Positions 17,879 to 26,202 of a DNA stretch of 32,000 nucleotides are shown here, one piece after another. Origin of the DNA: Synechocystis sp. PCC 6803 substr. PCC-P (GTDB taxonomy: Bacteria; Cyanobacteriota; Cyanobacteriia; Cyanobacteriales; Microcystaceae); the NCBI RefSeq assembly GCF_000284455.1, contig NC_017039.1:1500001-1532000 (forward strand), read 5' to 3'. Numbering within the stretch: position 1 is the stretch's first letter; the number at the start of each line of letters is the position of its first letter. Made by a program: the position numbers and the translations under genes. Below the pieces are notes generated by a model, which was not told the DNA's origin, searched no databases, and worked only from the letters and a program-made list of their open reading frames with translations.

Positions 17879-18141
17879 AGCAACTAAAATTATTAAGAAA
17901 TGTTAAGCAGGGTTGAACCCATGGCCAGGTGAGGATTTGCCTCCAGGGATGCTAGAGGGGAATTTTGTTGATGAGGTTGATTGCAGTAGCGGTGTAAAAG
18001 ATCTTATTTAGAATTGGTGTATATATGCTGATTTTTGGCGATCGCCCAAGGGTAACGTAACTTCCGACGGGGATGTGGCAAGCTGTTATGGGTGGGAGCG
18101 TGGCCTCCGGAAGCCCTCGTCAGTAAAAAAGTGAACAACTC

Positions 18142-18981
18142 ATGGCTTTAATCCAATGGTATCCCGGGCACATTGCCAAAGCGGAAAGACAACTCCGGGA
18201 GCAGTTAAACAAAGTTGACGTGGTGCTGGAAGTAATTGATGCCCGCATTCCACTAGCGTCCCAGCATCCCGATGTGCCCCTCTGGGTGGGAGAAAAGCCC
18301 AAATTAATCATTCTCAACCGGGTGGACATGATCACGCCGGAGTTGCAAGAGCAGTGGTTAACGTGGTTCCGCCAGCAAAATCAAACGGTGTATTACGCCA
18401 ATGCCAAGCAGGGCACCGGGGTTAAGGCCATTAGTAAAGCGGCCCAGCAAGCTGGTAAGGCGGTTAATGAAAGAAGGCAACGACGGGGTATGCAACCACG
18501 GCCAGTGCGAGCAGTGGTGATGGGCTTCCCTAACGTAGGTAAATCTGCATTAATTAACCGACTTTTAGGGCGTAAGGTGGTAGAGAGTGCCCGACGGGCG
18601 GGGGTGACCAGACAGTTACGGTGGATTCGCATTTCCGACAGTTTGGAATTGCTTGATTCCCCTGGGGTCATTCCCCTCAAGCTGGAAAATCAGGCCAATG
18701 CCCTCAAGCTGGCCATTTGTGAAGATATTGGTGAGGCGGCCTACGAAAATCAGGCGGTGGCGATCGCCATGGTGGATCTGTTGCTAGATTTATCCCTGGG
18801 GGAGGCGTTGACGCAACGTTACCAAGTGCCGCCGGAAGCTATGAATGGGGATTTATATTTAATCGCCCTAGCTGATGCCCGTCATAACGGCGATCGGGAA
18901 AGGGCCGCAGTACAATTGCTGAACGATTTCCGCAAAGGACTACTGGGCCCCCTGCCATTGGAATTGCCCCCAGAGGTTTAG
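18142..18981 (+). CDS. rbgA: Ribosome biogenesis GTPase A (YlqF/RbgA, circularly permuted GTPase)
   Basis: 279 aa. MALIQWYPGHIAKAERQL..., with G4-like LNRVD preceding the G1 motif GFPNVGKSALINRL and then DSPG. This order is diagnostic of the permuted YlqF family. Confidence 0.9.
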   Translation: MALIQWYPGHIAKAERQLREQLNKVDVVLEVIDARIPLASQHPDVPLWVGEKPKLIILNRVDMITPELQEQWLTWFRQQNQTVYYANAKQGTGVKAISKAAQQAGKAVNERRQRRGMQPRPVRAVVMGFPNVGKSALINRLLGRKVVESARRAGVTRQLRWIRISDSLELLDSPGVIPLKLENQANALKLAICEDIGEAAYENQAVAIAMVDLLLDLSLGEALTQRYQVPPEAMNGDLYLIALADARHNGDRERAAVQLLNDFRKGLLGPLPLELPPEV

Positions 18982-19036
18982 ACCAGAATCGGCCTAGGGA
19001 TAGGATTAATGTTTTCCTCGGATAACCTTCACTACT

Positions 19037-20128
19037 TTAAACGTTGAAGCGGAAGAGCAGCACATCCCCCTCCTGTACCACATATTCTTTGCCTTCACTG
19101 CGGACTAATCCCTTTTCCTTGGCTCCCTGCATACTGCCACAGCTAATTAAATCTTCATAGGCCACGGTTTCCGCTCGGATAAAACCCCGTTCAAAATCGG
19201 TGTGAATTACCCCGGCCGCTTGGGGAGCTTTCATGCCGCTGATGATGGTCCAGGCTCGGGTTTCCTGGGGGCCCGTGGTCAGGTAAGTGCGTAGCCCCAG
19301 TAATTCATAGGTAGCTCGAATAAGGGATTTCAATCCCCCTTCCGTCACGCCTAAGCTAGCCAAAAAGTCCTGCCGCTCCTCCTCCGGTAATTCAACCAGT
19401 TCCGATTCCACCTGGGCCGAAATCACCACCACTTTGGCTTCATCCTTAGCGGCGATCGCCTTGACCTGTTCCACCCAATCATTGCCCCCGGCCAAATCAT
19501 CCTCTGTGACATTGGTGGCATAGATAATCGGTTTAAGGGTCAGTAAACCCAGGGACTTGATTAATTCCTGTTCTTCGGCTGTTAATCCTACCCGTCGGGC
19601 TGGAATACCCTCATTGAGGGCGGCGACCAATCTTTCCAAAATGGCCACTTCTTCCAACAAATCCTTATTGCCCCGGGCTTGCTTGCGACTGCGTTCTAAA
19701 CGTTTTTCCACCTGGGCTAAATCCGCCAGCACCAACTCCAAATCAATTACTTCCACATCCCGCACCGGGTCGACAGAACCTGACACATGGATAATGTCAT
19801 CGTCATCAAAACAGCGCACCACATGGACAATGGCATCCACTTCCCGGATATTGGCCAAGAATTGGTTTCCCAGGCCTTCCCCTTTGCTGGCCCCTGCCAC
19901 CAAACCGGCAATATCGACAAATTCCATCCGGGTGGGCACTACCTTGACCGATTGGGAAATCTCCGCCAATTTCCCTAGGCGATCGTCCGGCACAGACACC
20001 ACCCCCACATTGGGTTCAATGGTGCAGAAGGGAAAGTTGGCCGCTTCAGCCTTGGCATTGGCCACCAGGGCGTTAAAGAGGGTAGATTTTCCCACATTGG
20101 GCAGACCAACAATTCCAGCTCTAAGCAT
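19037..20128 (-). CDS. ychF: Redox-regulated ATPase YchF (Obg-like)
   Basis: 363 aa. GIVGLPNVGKSTLFNALV...FPFCTIEPN.G...DIAGLV.GAS.GEGLGN.FL..IR, with a C-terminal TGS-like ...AG.IH.DFE.GFI.AE... region. Confidence 0.95.
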   Translation of the reverse strand: MLRAGIVGLPNVGKSTLFNALVANAKAEAANFPFCTIEPNVGVVSVPDDRLGKLAEISQSVKVVPTRMEFVDIAGLVAGASKGEGLGNQFLANIREVDAIVHVVRCFDDDDIIHVSGSVDPVRDVEVIDLELVLADLAQVEKRLERSRKQARGNKDLLEEVAILERLVAALNEGIPARRVGLTAEEQELIKSLGLLTLKPIIYATNVTEDDLAGGNDWVEQVKAIAAKDEAKVVVISAQVESELVELPEEERQDFLASLGVTEGGLKSLIRATYELLGLRTYLTTGPQETRAWTIISGMKAPQAAGVIHTDFERGFIRAETVAYEDLISCGSMQGAKEKGLVRSEGKEYVVQEGDVLLFRFNV

Positions 20129-20237
20129 AATGTCTAACTATTTTGAGGATGATTAGGGGGGCAAAACAGTCTCCCATCGTACCAAAATCAGGTGGGCACC
20201 ACATCACACTGGCTTTATCCTGCGGTTTTCAAACTCT

Positions 20238-21254
20238 TCAAATTTTATTGCTTTTTTTGTAATCTCCATGGCGCCTTTGGTGCCACTGCCAGGCATGGTC
20301 AATGATGGTATGTAAGTCAGGGTACTGGGGATTCCAGCCAAGGATTTCCCGCGCTTTAGCACTACTACCGACCAGGATGGGGGCATCACCGGGACGGCGG
20401 GGACATAGCTGATAGGGAATATCTAATCCCGTCACCGCTTTGGCAACTTCAATTACTTGACGCACGGAAAAGCCGTTGCCATTACCGAGGTTAAAGATAT
20501 TGCTTTCCCCTCCTTCTAGCAGGTATTGCAAGCCTAATACATGGGCGATCGCCAGGTCACAGACATGGATGTAATCCCGTAAGGCGGTGCCGTCGAGGGT
20601 GTCATAATCAGTACCAAAAACGGAAAGTTGGGGACGTTGTTTCAAAGCTGTCAACAGGGCCAGGGGAATTAGATGGGTTTCGGGGTTATGGTCTTCTCCT
20701 AAGCGTCCTTGGGGGTCTGCGCCGGAAGCATTAAAGTAGCGAAAAATAACTGATTTGAAGCCGTAAGCTTGGTCAAAGTCAGCCAAAATTTGTTCCACCA
20801 TGCGTTTGCTGGCGGCATAGGGACTGAGGGGATCAATGGGATGGCTTTCCGTCATGGGAATTTCCTTCGGCATGCCATAGACCGCACAGGTGGAGGAAAA
20901 GACAAATTTCTTAATGCCCGCCGCTAGCATGGCTTCCAGGAGGGTGAGAGTACCCACTACGTTGTTTTGGTAATAAATGTCCGGCTTTTGCACCGATTCT
21001 CCCACGGCGATGAAGGCGGCAAAATGCATGACAGCAGCAATATTCCTAGTGGCAAAAAGTTGGTCTAGTTTTTGGCGATCGCCAGTATGGCCGACTACCA
21101 ATTCCACCCCCAGGGGTTGCACTAGTTCCTTGTGACCGTAGCTGAGGTTATCGTAGATAAGGACGTCAAAGCCCGCCTGTTGTAGGGCAAGCACCCCATG
21201 GGAGCCGATGTAACCCGCCCCTCCGGTGACCAAAATTGTTTGTTGCGTGGCCAT
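20238..21254 (-). CDS. galE: UDP-glucose 4-epimerase
   Basis: 338 aa. VTGGAGYIGSH Rossmann motif, SPYAASK (YxxxK), ...RYFN..GA.P.G..GE....NL.P..., typical GalE. Confidence 0.92.
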   Translation of the reverse strand: MATQQTILVTGGAGYIGSHGVLALQQAGFDVLIYDNLSYGHKELVQPLGVELVVGHTGDRQKLDQLFATRNIAAVMHFAAFIAVGESVQKPDIYYQNNVVGTLTLLEAMLAAGIKKFVFSSTCAVYGMPKEIPMTESHPIDPLSPYAASKRMVEQILADFDQAYGFKSVIFRYFNASGADPQGRLGEDHNPETHLIPLALLTALKQRPQLSVFGTDYDTLDGTALRDYIHVCDLAIAHVLGLQYLLEGGESNIFNLGNGNGFSVRQVIEVAKAVTGLDIPYQLCPRRPGDAPILVGSSAKAREILGWNPQYPDLHTIIDHAWQWHQRRHGDYKKSNKI

Positions 21255-21327
21255 TGTCGACTATTAACCCAAGCTGTTGCCTCGCCTAGAGCATACCATT
21301 CTTAACCTTGCTTGACCTTAGCTTTTT

Positions 21328-21927
21328 ATGCCATCTACTTTTTCCCAACCATCCCCCTCTAATGCCCTTGTTAATGACCGCCGGGACGTATTTCCCCTTT
21401 CTCCCCTGATTAAAATCACCCTGGTCAATCTCTACCTAGCTCTGACAGTTCCCCTGCCCATTTTGGCCCAACTCACCCAAGGAAATGCATTACTTACCCT
21501 ATTGTTAACCGTTGGACTGATGGGAGGCTTAGTTGCTTTAGTAGCTGCCTTGGCGGAACAGGTGGTGCTGAATGGAGAGGGAATTGCGGTGCGTTATCCC
21601 CGCTGGGTACCCAAATTTTTTCGGTCCGGTTGGCAATTATCTTGGGCAGATGTCACCGCATTGAAATGTCGCACCACAGGCCAGGGGGGCTTGGTTTACT
21701 ATTTCCTCACAGAGTCGAAAGATAGGGCCTATCTGCTACCCATGCGGGTGGCGGGCTTTAATCGGCTAACTCAACTGGTGAGCGACCATACGGGCATTGA
21801 CACCCAGGATGTGCGCCCCCTTTCCCAACCCTGGATGTATTTATTACTACTCCTATTTACCTTCTTACTTTGGGGCAGTCAGTTGGCGATCGTCCTATTG
21901 CTTTGGAGTAGCCCTCCCCTGGCATAA
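21328..21927 (+). CDS. Hypothetical integral membrane protein (199 aa)
   Basis: Several hydrophobic segments (LIKITLVNLYLALTVPLPILA, LLTLLLTVGLMGGLVALVAALA, MYLLLLLFTFLLWGSQLAIVLLLW). Divergent from galE. Confidence 0.6.
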   Translation: MPSTFSQPSPSNALVNDRRDVFPLSPLIKITLVNLYLALTVPLPILAQLTQGNALLTLLLTVGLMGGLVALVAALAEQVVLNGEGIAVRYPRWVPKFFRSGWQLSWADVTALKCRTTGQGGLVYYFLTESKDRAYLLPMRVAGFNRLTQLVSDHTGIDTQDVRPLSQPWMYLLLLLFTFLLWGSQLAIVLLLWSSPPLA

Positions 21928-22017
21928 TCTGAACAATTCCGGTTAAAATATAAACAAATGTAAAGAATATTCTCAGAAAACTTTATTTAACATTTGACTA
22001 AGACTAGTTTCACTACC

Positions 22018-22338
22018 ATGATCAATCCCCAACCAGACGAAAAAGAACTGCTCAAAACTATCTTAGAGCCCCTGTTGGGAGATTTTGAGCACTGGTTTAG
22101 CCGCTCCTGCCAGCTACTAGAAAGCCAGCGTTTAGTCTTTTTCACCCCAGAGCAACAACAAGAGTTACTGGACCGGGTACGACAGGCACGGGATGAAGTA
22201 AAGTGTACTAAATTAATGTTCCAAGCCACCGGGGAACAGGTGGGGGTTGAGTTTAGTGTCCTGGTCCCCTGGCACAATTTGGTGACGGAATGTTGGCAGG
22301 TAGCCCAGCGCCATCGCCAGATGCAGGCTGCCCGCTAG
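22018..22338 (+). CDS. Hypothetical small protein (~106 aa)
   Basis: ORF with first ATG at 22018 ([27 protein letters not shown]...); the track starts at a TTG at 21994. Looks like a cyanobacteria-specific conserved protein. No function inferable. Confidence 0.55.
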
Positions 22339-22554
22339 AAAGGAAAGAGAGAGGAAAGCAATAAAAACGAATGACAGTGGGTAACAACATACAATCAACT
22401 GTGAGGAGTAGGGGTTGTTGATTTTCGATAATTGTTGACAGTCATCGTCAATGATTAAGATGCTCTCTGGCCGGTCAAGCAAGGTGGTCAGATCGTTTAA
22501 TTTTGTCGAAGGTTTCCGTTAGAGCCTTGCTTGATGCCTAAACCTAGAGTTGTG

Positions 22555-22737
22555 CTAGGGGAGGAGTGAATTTTTCATCAAATCCCGGATCAGGTTATCC
22601 CGCACCATGATTTGTTGCATGGTTTCTAGTAAATAGTTAACGGTCTGCTCCCGGTCTAGTTCTTGATATTCCTGTTGCAAACACTGCAGTTGAAATTTCT
22701 GCTCTAAGGATAGGTTAAAGGCTTCGTTGTTGATCAT
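22555..22737 (-). CDS. nblA2: Phycobilisome degradation protein NblA (second copy)
   Basis: 60 aa. MINNEAFNLSLEQKFQLQCLQQ...MVRDNLIRDLMKNSLLP shows the NblA helix-loop-helix signature. Paralogous to the adjacent ORF. Confidence 0.92.
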   Translation of the reverse strand: MINNEAFNLSLEQKFQLQCLQQEYQELDREQTVNYLLETMQQIMVRDNLIRDLMKNSLLP

Positions 22738-22823
22738 GGCGATCGCACTCCTGAAAAAATGGGGCGGTCAAAAATTGTAACTAATGGCTAAGACAGCAAG
22801 CTAATTTTTTTGCCTGCCTGTGC

Positions 22824-23012
22824 TTAACCTAGGGGCTCCAGGGGAGCCTGGCGCATTAAGTCCCGGATGACGTTGGATTTAATCATCAACAGTCGAGAGG
22901 CTTGGACCAAAAGTTCCAGGGCTTGCTCCTGGCTGATGTTGGCGGTGGCATCCTGCATGCGACGGAACTCAAACATTTGTTCAATGGTGAGATCGAAGGA
23001 TTCAGGTTTCAT
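22824..23012 (-). CDS. nblA1: Phycobilisome degradation protein NblA (first copy)
   Basis: 62 aa. MKPESFDLTIEQMFEFRRMQDA...MIKSNVIRDLMRQAPLEPLG. GGAGGG lies 9 nt upstream of the ATG. Confidence 0.92.
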   Translation of the reverse strand: MKPESFDLTIEQMFEFRRMQDATANISQEQALELLVQASRLLMIKSNVIRDLMRQAPLEPLG

Positions 23013-23043
23013 AGCTGTTGCCCTCCAAGGCGACTACCTTTCA

Positions 23044-23075
23044 ATTGTAAACAATCAATTGTAAATAAATGTAAC
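23044..23075 (-). promoter_or_regulatory. HLR1-type element (RpaB-binding direct repeats) upstream of nblA1
   Basis: Minus strand reads GTTACATT-TA-TTTACAAT (23075-23058). This matches the published HLR1 consensus (G/T)TTACA(T/A)(T/A)-N2-(G/T)TTACA(T/A)(T/A) exactly. A third TTTACAAT octamer lies at 23051-23044. The octamers also contain TACAAT -10-like hexamers. The element lies 32-63 nt upstream of the nblA1 ATG. Confidence 0.55.
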
Positions 23076-23595
23076 AAAAAGTTGACCCAATTAACAGTAT
23101 CTGCTTATACAAGCTTGCCCAAAACGGGGGGCAAACCTAGCAACCCAGGGAAAAAATAGGTTTTAAGTCCGCTGAATTTAGTCAACATCGGGGACACCCT
23201 GCACATGTGGTTTGTTTTAGCAAGGGCTTTTAGAAAAAAATGCTCAATCTGAACATCTCCCATGACATTTCGCTTGGCGATCGCCGAGGAGGAGGAGGCT
23301 AAACTGTTCGTCTTTTTGGCTTTCACCACGTAGATAACAGTACGAGTTATTGGGTCATTGAATTATTAACAATATAACTATTTGCTGATTTTTATACTTG
23401 CAAATTTTAGATCTAATTGTATTAGTCTTCTATAGTAGAAATATAAGGAAATCAAATTTTCAAATTTTCATCTTGAAAAACATAAAATTTATTCATTATT
23501 TGTTAATCGTTGCCCCATCAATTTGTCGTTAAAATGGTTAATAGGGCTAGAAGAGCGAAGTATTTGTATTTGCCGAAAATTTCAGGAGCAAAACA

Positions 23596-24114
23596 ATGCG
23601 AATCAACCATAAGCCTCTATTAATTGCCACTGCCTTACTAACTCTCGTGCCCAATGTTGTTTGGTCTTCTCCCTTTGATGAAGATCAGGAGATTTGTCCC
23701 CAGTGGGAATGCGATCAGGCGGGAAATTGCCGCAAACTTGATCTTACCTGCGGTTCTTCCCCAGATTCTTCTGGTGCTCAGGGCTATCAATTATATTTTG
23801 ATGGGGAATTAGTGTCTGGCCCCGACGCCCAGGGTTATACATCCCAACAAGCGAAAGAAAATTGTACTTGGAATATGCAAACTAAACCGCAAATGCATAT
23901 CCGCTGTCTCTACAATGGCCAGGTCTTCGGTGATCGCCCTCCTAGTAACTCTCCTGGGTATGAACTATATTTTGATGGGGAATTAGTGTCTGGCGCCGAC
24001 GCCCAAGGTTATACGTTCCAACAAGCGGAAGAAAATTGCATTTGGAATATGCAAACCAAACCGCAAATTCACATTCGCTGTCTTTACAATGGCCAGGTCT
24101 TTAGGGAGCGGTGA
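23596..24114 (+). CDS. Secreted Cys-containing protein built from a tandem-duplicated ~58-aa domain
   Basis: 172 aa. AGGAG lies 7 nt upstream of the ATG. Signal peptide [24 protein letters not shown], then a Cys-rich stretch ([19 protein letters not shown]). Two copies follow of [43 protein letters not shown]. No family recognised. Confidence 0.75.
23782..24102 (+). repeat. 174-bp tandem duplication inside the secreted-protein gene
   Basis: Unit cores at 23782-23928 and 23956-24102 align without gaps at a 174-bp (58-codon) offset. By eye they show about 17 mismatches in ~148 nt. Confidence 0.9.
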
Positions 24115-24232
24115 CCAACGACCAAATAATTTAATTTTTCCAATTATTTTGATAGTTATTTGGGGAACATGGACGAATAAAATTCGGATAAAAAGTTAAA
24201 TTTTTCTAATTCTATAGTCGGGGTTTTCACCT

Positions 24233-25210
24233 ATGACTACTCCCGTTTTTTGTACTAATTGTGGCAACCGCCTTAGCCCCCAGGTTCGTTTCTGTGAATC
24301 CTGTGGATGTCCCGTTGCCTTGACGTCGGAGCCACCTTCCTTTTCTGGACCACCATTGTCCCCATTGCCTCCTCCCCCTCCCACCTTTAATGTCGATGAA
24401 GTTCCATCCCATAAAAGAGGGGTAACTCCTTGGATTCCTTTTTTCCTGTTATTTAGTTCTGTCGTTGTATTAGGGGGACTTTGGTGGTTGGGAGCGTTCA
24501 ATCTGCCCCAATGGAATCAATGGCTAGTAAAAATTTTGCCCACCAATACCAGTTCCCCCGTTGTTACTTCCCCTACTCCGACGGTGGCTCCCGTTGATGC
24601 CAATGCCGTAAGTTTAGAAGATTTTGTTGGCGTCTGGATGGTCATGGAAGGGGCGCCGGGGGAAGGCGGGGAAGCTATTTTTACCATGAGCTTGGAAGGA
24701 AATGTCATTGTTGTTGAGGCTGAAGGCGATCGCGTGGAATTCCCTACACTCAATGGCCGAAAACTAGAGGGCAGTGTAGTTGAAGACGGTGTAACTATCC
24801 CGATAACAGTGGAACTAAATCAGAATAAAGACCAGATTATTGTTACTGTTCTTCCCCCCAACAGTGAACTACAAGTGGGAGTGGGGCAGAGGGTAAAAGG
24901 AATTGATGATTTGGATAGTCCATCTAACTCAAGGGATAATTCCCTTAACATAGATGAAAATGTTTTAACGGAACGGCAAGCCTTAGAGCTTTTGATTGCT
25001 TGGCCGGAGATTGCGGATTGGATGCAGAGAGTTCAACAGGAAGCCCCACAGAATCAGACTCTTCTAGAAATTGTGGAAACCACCCCGCAACAATACCTAA
25101 TTCGGGCTTATGAATCTGTTAATAACCCTGGAGAACCGGGTCATACAGCTACGTTTGGTTGGTATAACGTCGATCGCCAAACCGGGGAGGTGACTCAAAG
25201 TATTCCCTAG
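24233..25210 (+). CDS. N-terminal zinc-ribbon, single-pass membrane protein with a C-terminal extracytoplasmic domain
   Basis: 325 aa. Ribbon CTNCGNRLSPQVRFCESCG, Pro-rich linker, TM (WIPFFLLFSSVVVLGGLWWLGAF), Thr/Ser/Pro linker, then a ~200-aa domain ending ...YLIRAYESVNNPGEPGHTATFGWYNVDRQTGEV (PepSY-like flavour; not verified). No Shine-Dalgarno. Confidence 0.7.
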   Translation: MTTPVFCTNCGNRLSPQVRFCESCGCPVALTSEPPSFSGPPLSPLPPPPPTFNVDEVPSHKRGVTPWIPFFLLFSSVVVLGGLWWLGAFNLPQWNQWLVKILPTNTSSPVVTSPTPTVAPVDANAVSLEDFVGVWMVMEGAPGEGGEAIFTMSLEGNVIVVEAEGDRVEFPTLNGRKLEGSVVEDGVTIPITVELNQNKDQIIVTVLPPNSELQVGVGQRVKGIDDLDSPSNSRDNSLNIDENVLTERQALELLIAWPEIADWMQRVQQEAPQNQTLLEIVETTPQQYLIRAYESVNNPGEPGHTATFGWYNVDRQTGEVTQSIP

Positions 25211-25251
25211 GGGAAGCTTAGGGTTAGGAGCCGAAAGTAAGGAGAGAGAGC

Positions 25252-26202
25252 ATGCCCAAAAATATGTCACCAATCTGTCCCGTTTGCGGACAAGAAAATG
25301 ATGCCGCAAATCGCTATTGTTCCTTTTGCGGTACTCGGTTTAATTCATCCTTGCCATCGATGGATCTTTTTCAGGCTCAAACAGTGCAAGCCCCAGCCCC
25401 AGAGCAAATGGTCTTCTCTGGCAATGGGCAAGATTTACCCAGTTTGACCAATCATCCTTTTTGGGGCGCAATTCCTGTGCTTGGATTGCTGACGGTTCTG
25501 CCCCTGGGACTTTTTATCTTCGGCATGGCCATTGATGCCAACGATTGGCCCTATGCGGCCCTACTGGTTTTTCTGCTATTTTTATTCACATTGCTAATTT
25601 TTCTTGGACAGCTTTGGGGCAATGTATCCCAGGCGAGGGAATTTATCCTTAGTGAGCGGCCATTGATCCTTTGGCGTTATAGCCCCGATGAATGGCAACA
25701 GCTTCGACAGGCTCAATTCAGTGAATCCGCCGAGGATATGCAAGAAATGGCCGGCTGTGCAGTCCCCTTTTTTGCTGGGGTGGGAACTTTGCTCGGTACT
25801 GTCCTTGGTTCTGTGGAAGGCTTTGTGGGGGCCGTGCCAGGGGCGGCGATCGGTGCCATGGCCGGATACATTTTTGGCAAAATATTGGTTCCCATAGCCA
25901 CTGGTTTGAACCAATCTACCAACCGGGAATTGTATCGAACCGATTTGCCTGTTTGGGTGGTGCTAGCTCCAGGGGAAATTTATTATAACCGTCAATATTT
26001 TCGAGCTGATACCATTGGCGATCGCCTTGAAGGGATTACCCTAGATGAAGGTGCTCTGACCTGGTTGCGTATCGAAACCTTCGCCCCCCGGGGTAGCATC
26101 ACAGCTAGTTTTGACGGCAACATTTTAGTCCCCCATCGTATGTTAGCAACCGTTAAAGCAGTTTTACCGCAATTGCAGCAATTCATCTCCGGGGAAGATT
26201 AG
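25252..26202 (+). CDS. N-terminal zinc-ribbon membrane protein with a glycine-zipper segment and a PH-like C-terminal region
   Basis: 316 aa. AAGGAG lies 7 nt upstream. Ribbon CPVCGQENDAANRYCSFCG. Two TM helices (about residues 70-120). Gly-zipper AGVGTLLGTVLGSVEGFVGAVPGAAIGAMAGYIFG. The C-terminal ~90 aa is possibly bacterial-PH-like (unverified). Confidence 0.7.
   Translation: MPKNMSPICPVCGQENDAANRYCSFCGTRFNSSLPSMDLFQAQTVQAPAPEQMVFSGNGQDLPSLTNHPFWGAIPVLGLLTVLPLGLFIFGMAIDANDWPYAALLVFLLFLFTLLIFLGQLWGNVSQAREFILSERPLILWRYSPDEWQQLRQAQFSESAEDMQEMAGCAVPFFAGVGTLLGTVLGSVEGFVGAVPGAAIGAMAGYIFGKILVPIATGLNQSTNRELYRTDLPVWVVLAPGEIYYNRQYFRADTIGDRLEGITLDEGALTWLRIETFAPRGSITASFDGNILVPHRMLATVKAVLPQLQQFISGED

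Noticed and set aside
19557-20156. 199-aa + strand ORF antisense to ychF
   Set aside because: It covers a strongly conserved GTPase/ATPase gene on the opposite strand. The product is Ser/Thr/Arg-rich and low-complexity with no start-site signals. Long shadow frames are common opposite well-adapted genes.
22213-22482. 89-aa minus-strand ORF overlapping the 3' end of the 22018-22338 gene
   Set aside because: It overlaps a better-supported plus-strand ORF and runs through the convergent intergenic region. There is no ribosome-binding site and the sequence is implausible.
23061-23074. NtcA-like site GTA-N8-TAA upstream of nblA1
   Set aside because: The last position deviates from GTA-N8-TAC, and no properly spaced -10 (about 22 nt downstream) is present. 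The same bases are better explained as part of the exact HLR1 repeat.
23105-23329. 74-aa minus-strand ORF (GTG start) between the nblA1 upstream region and the AT-rich spacer
   Set aside because: Non-ATG start, no Shine-Dalgarno, and an unremarkable mixed composition with no motif. It may simply be the leader or promoter region of nblA1. Kept as a possibility only if conservation is shown.
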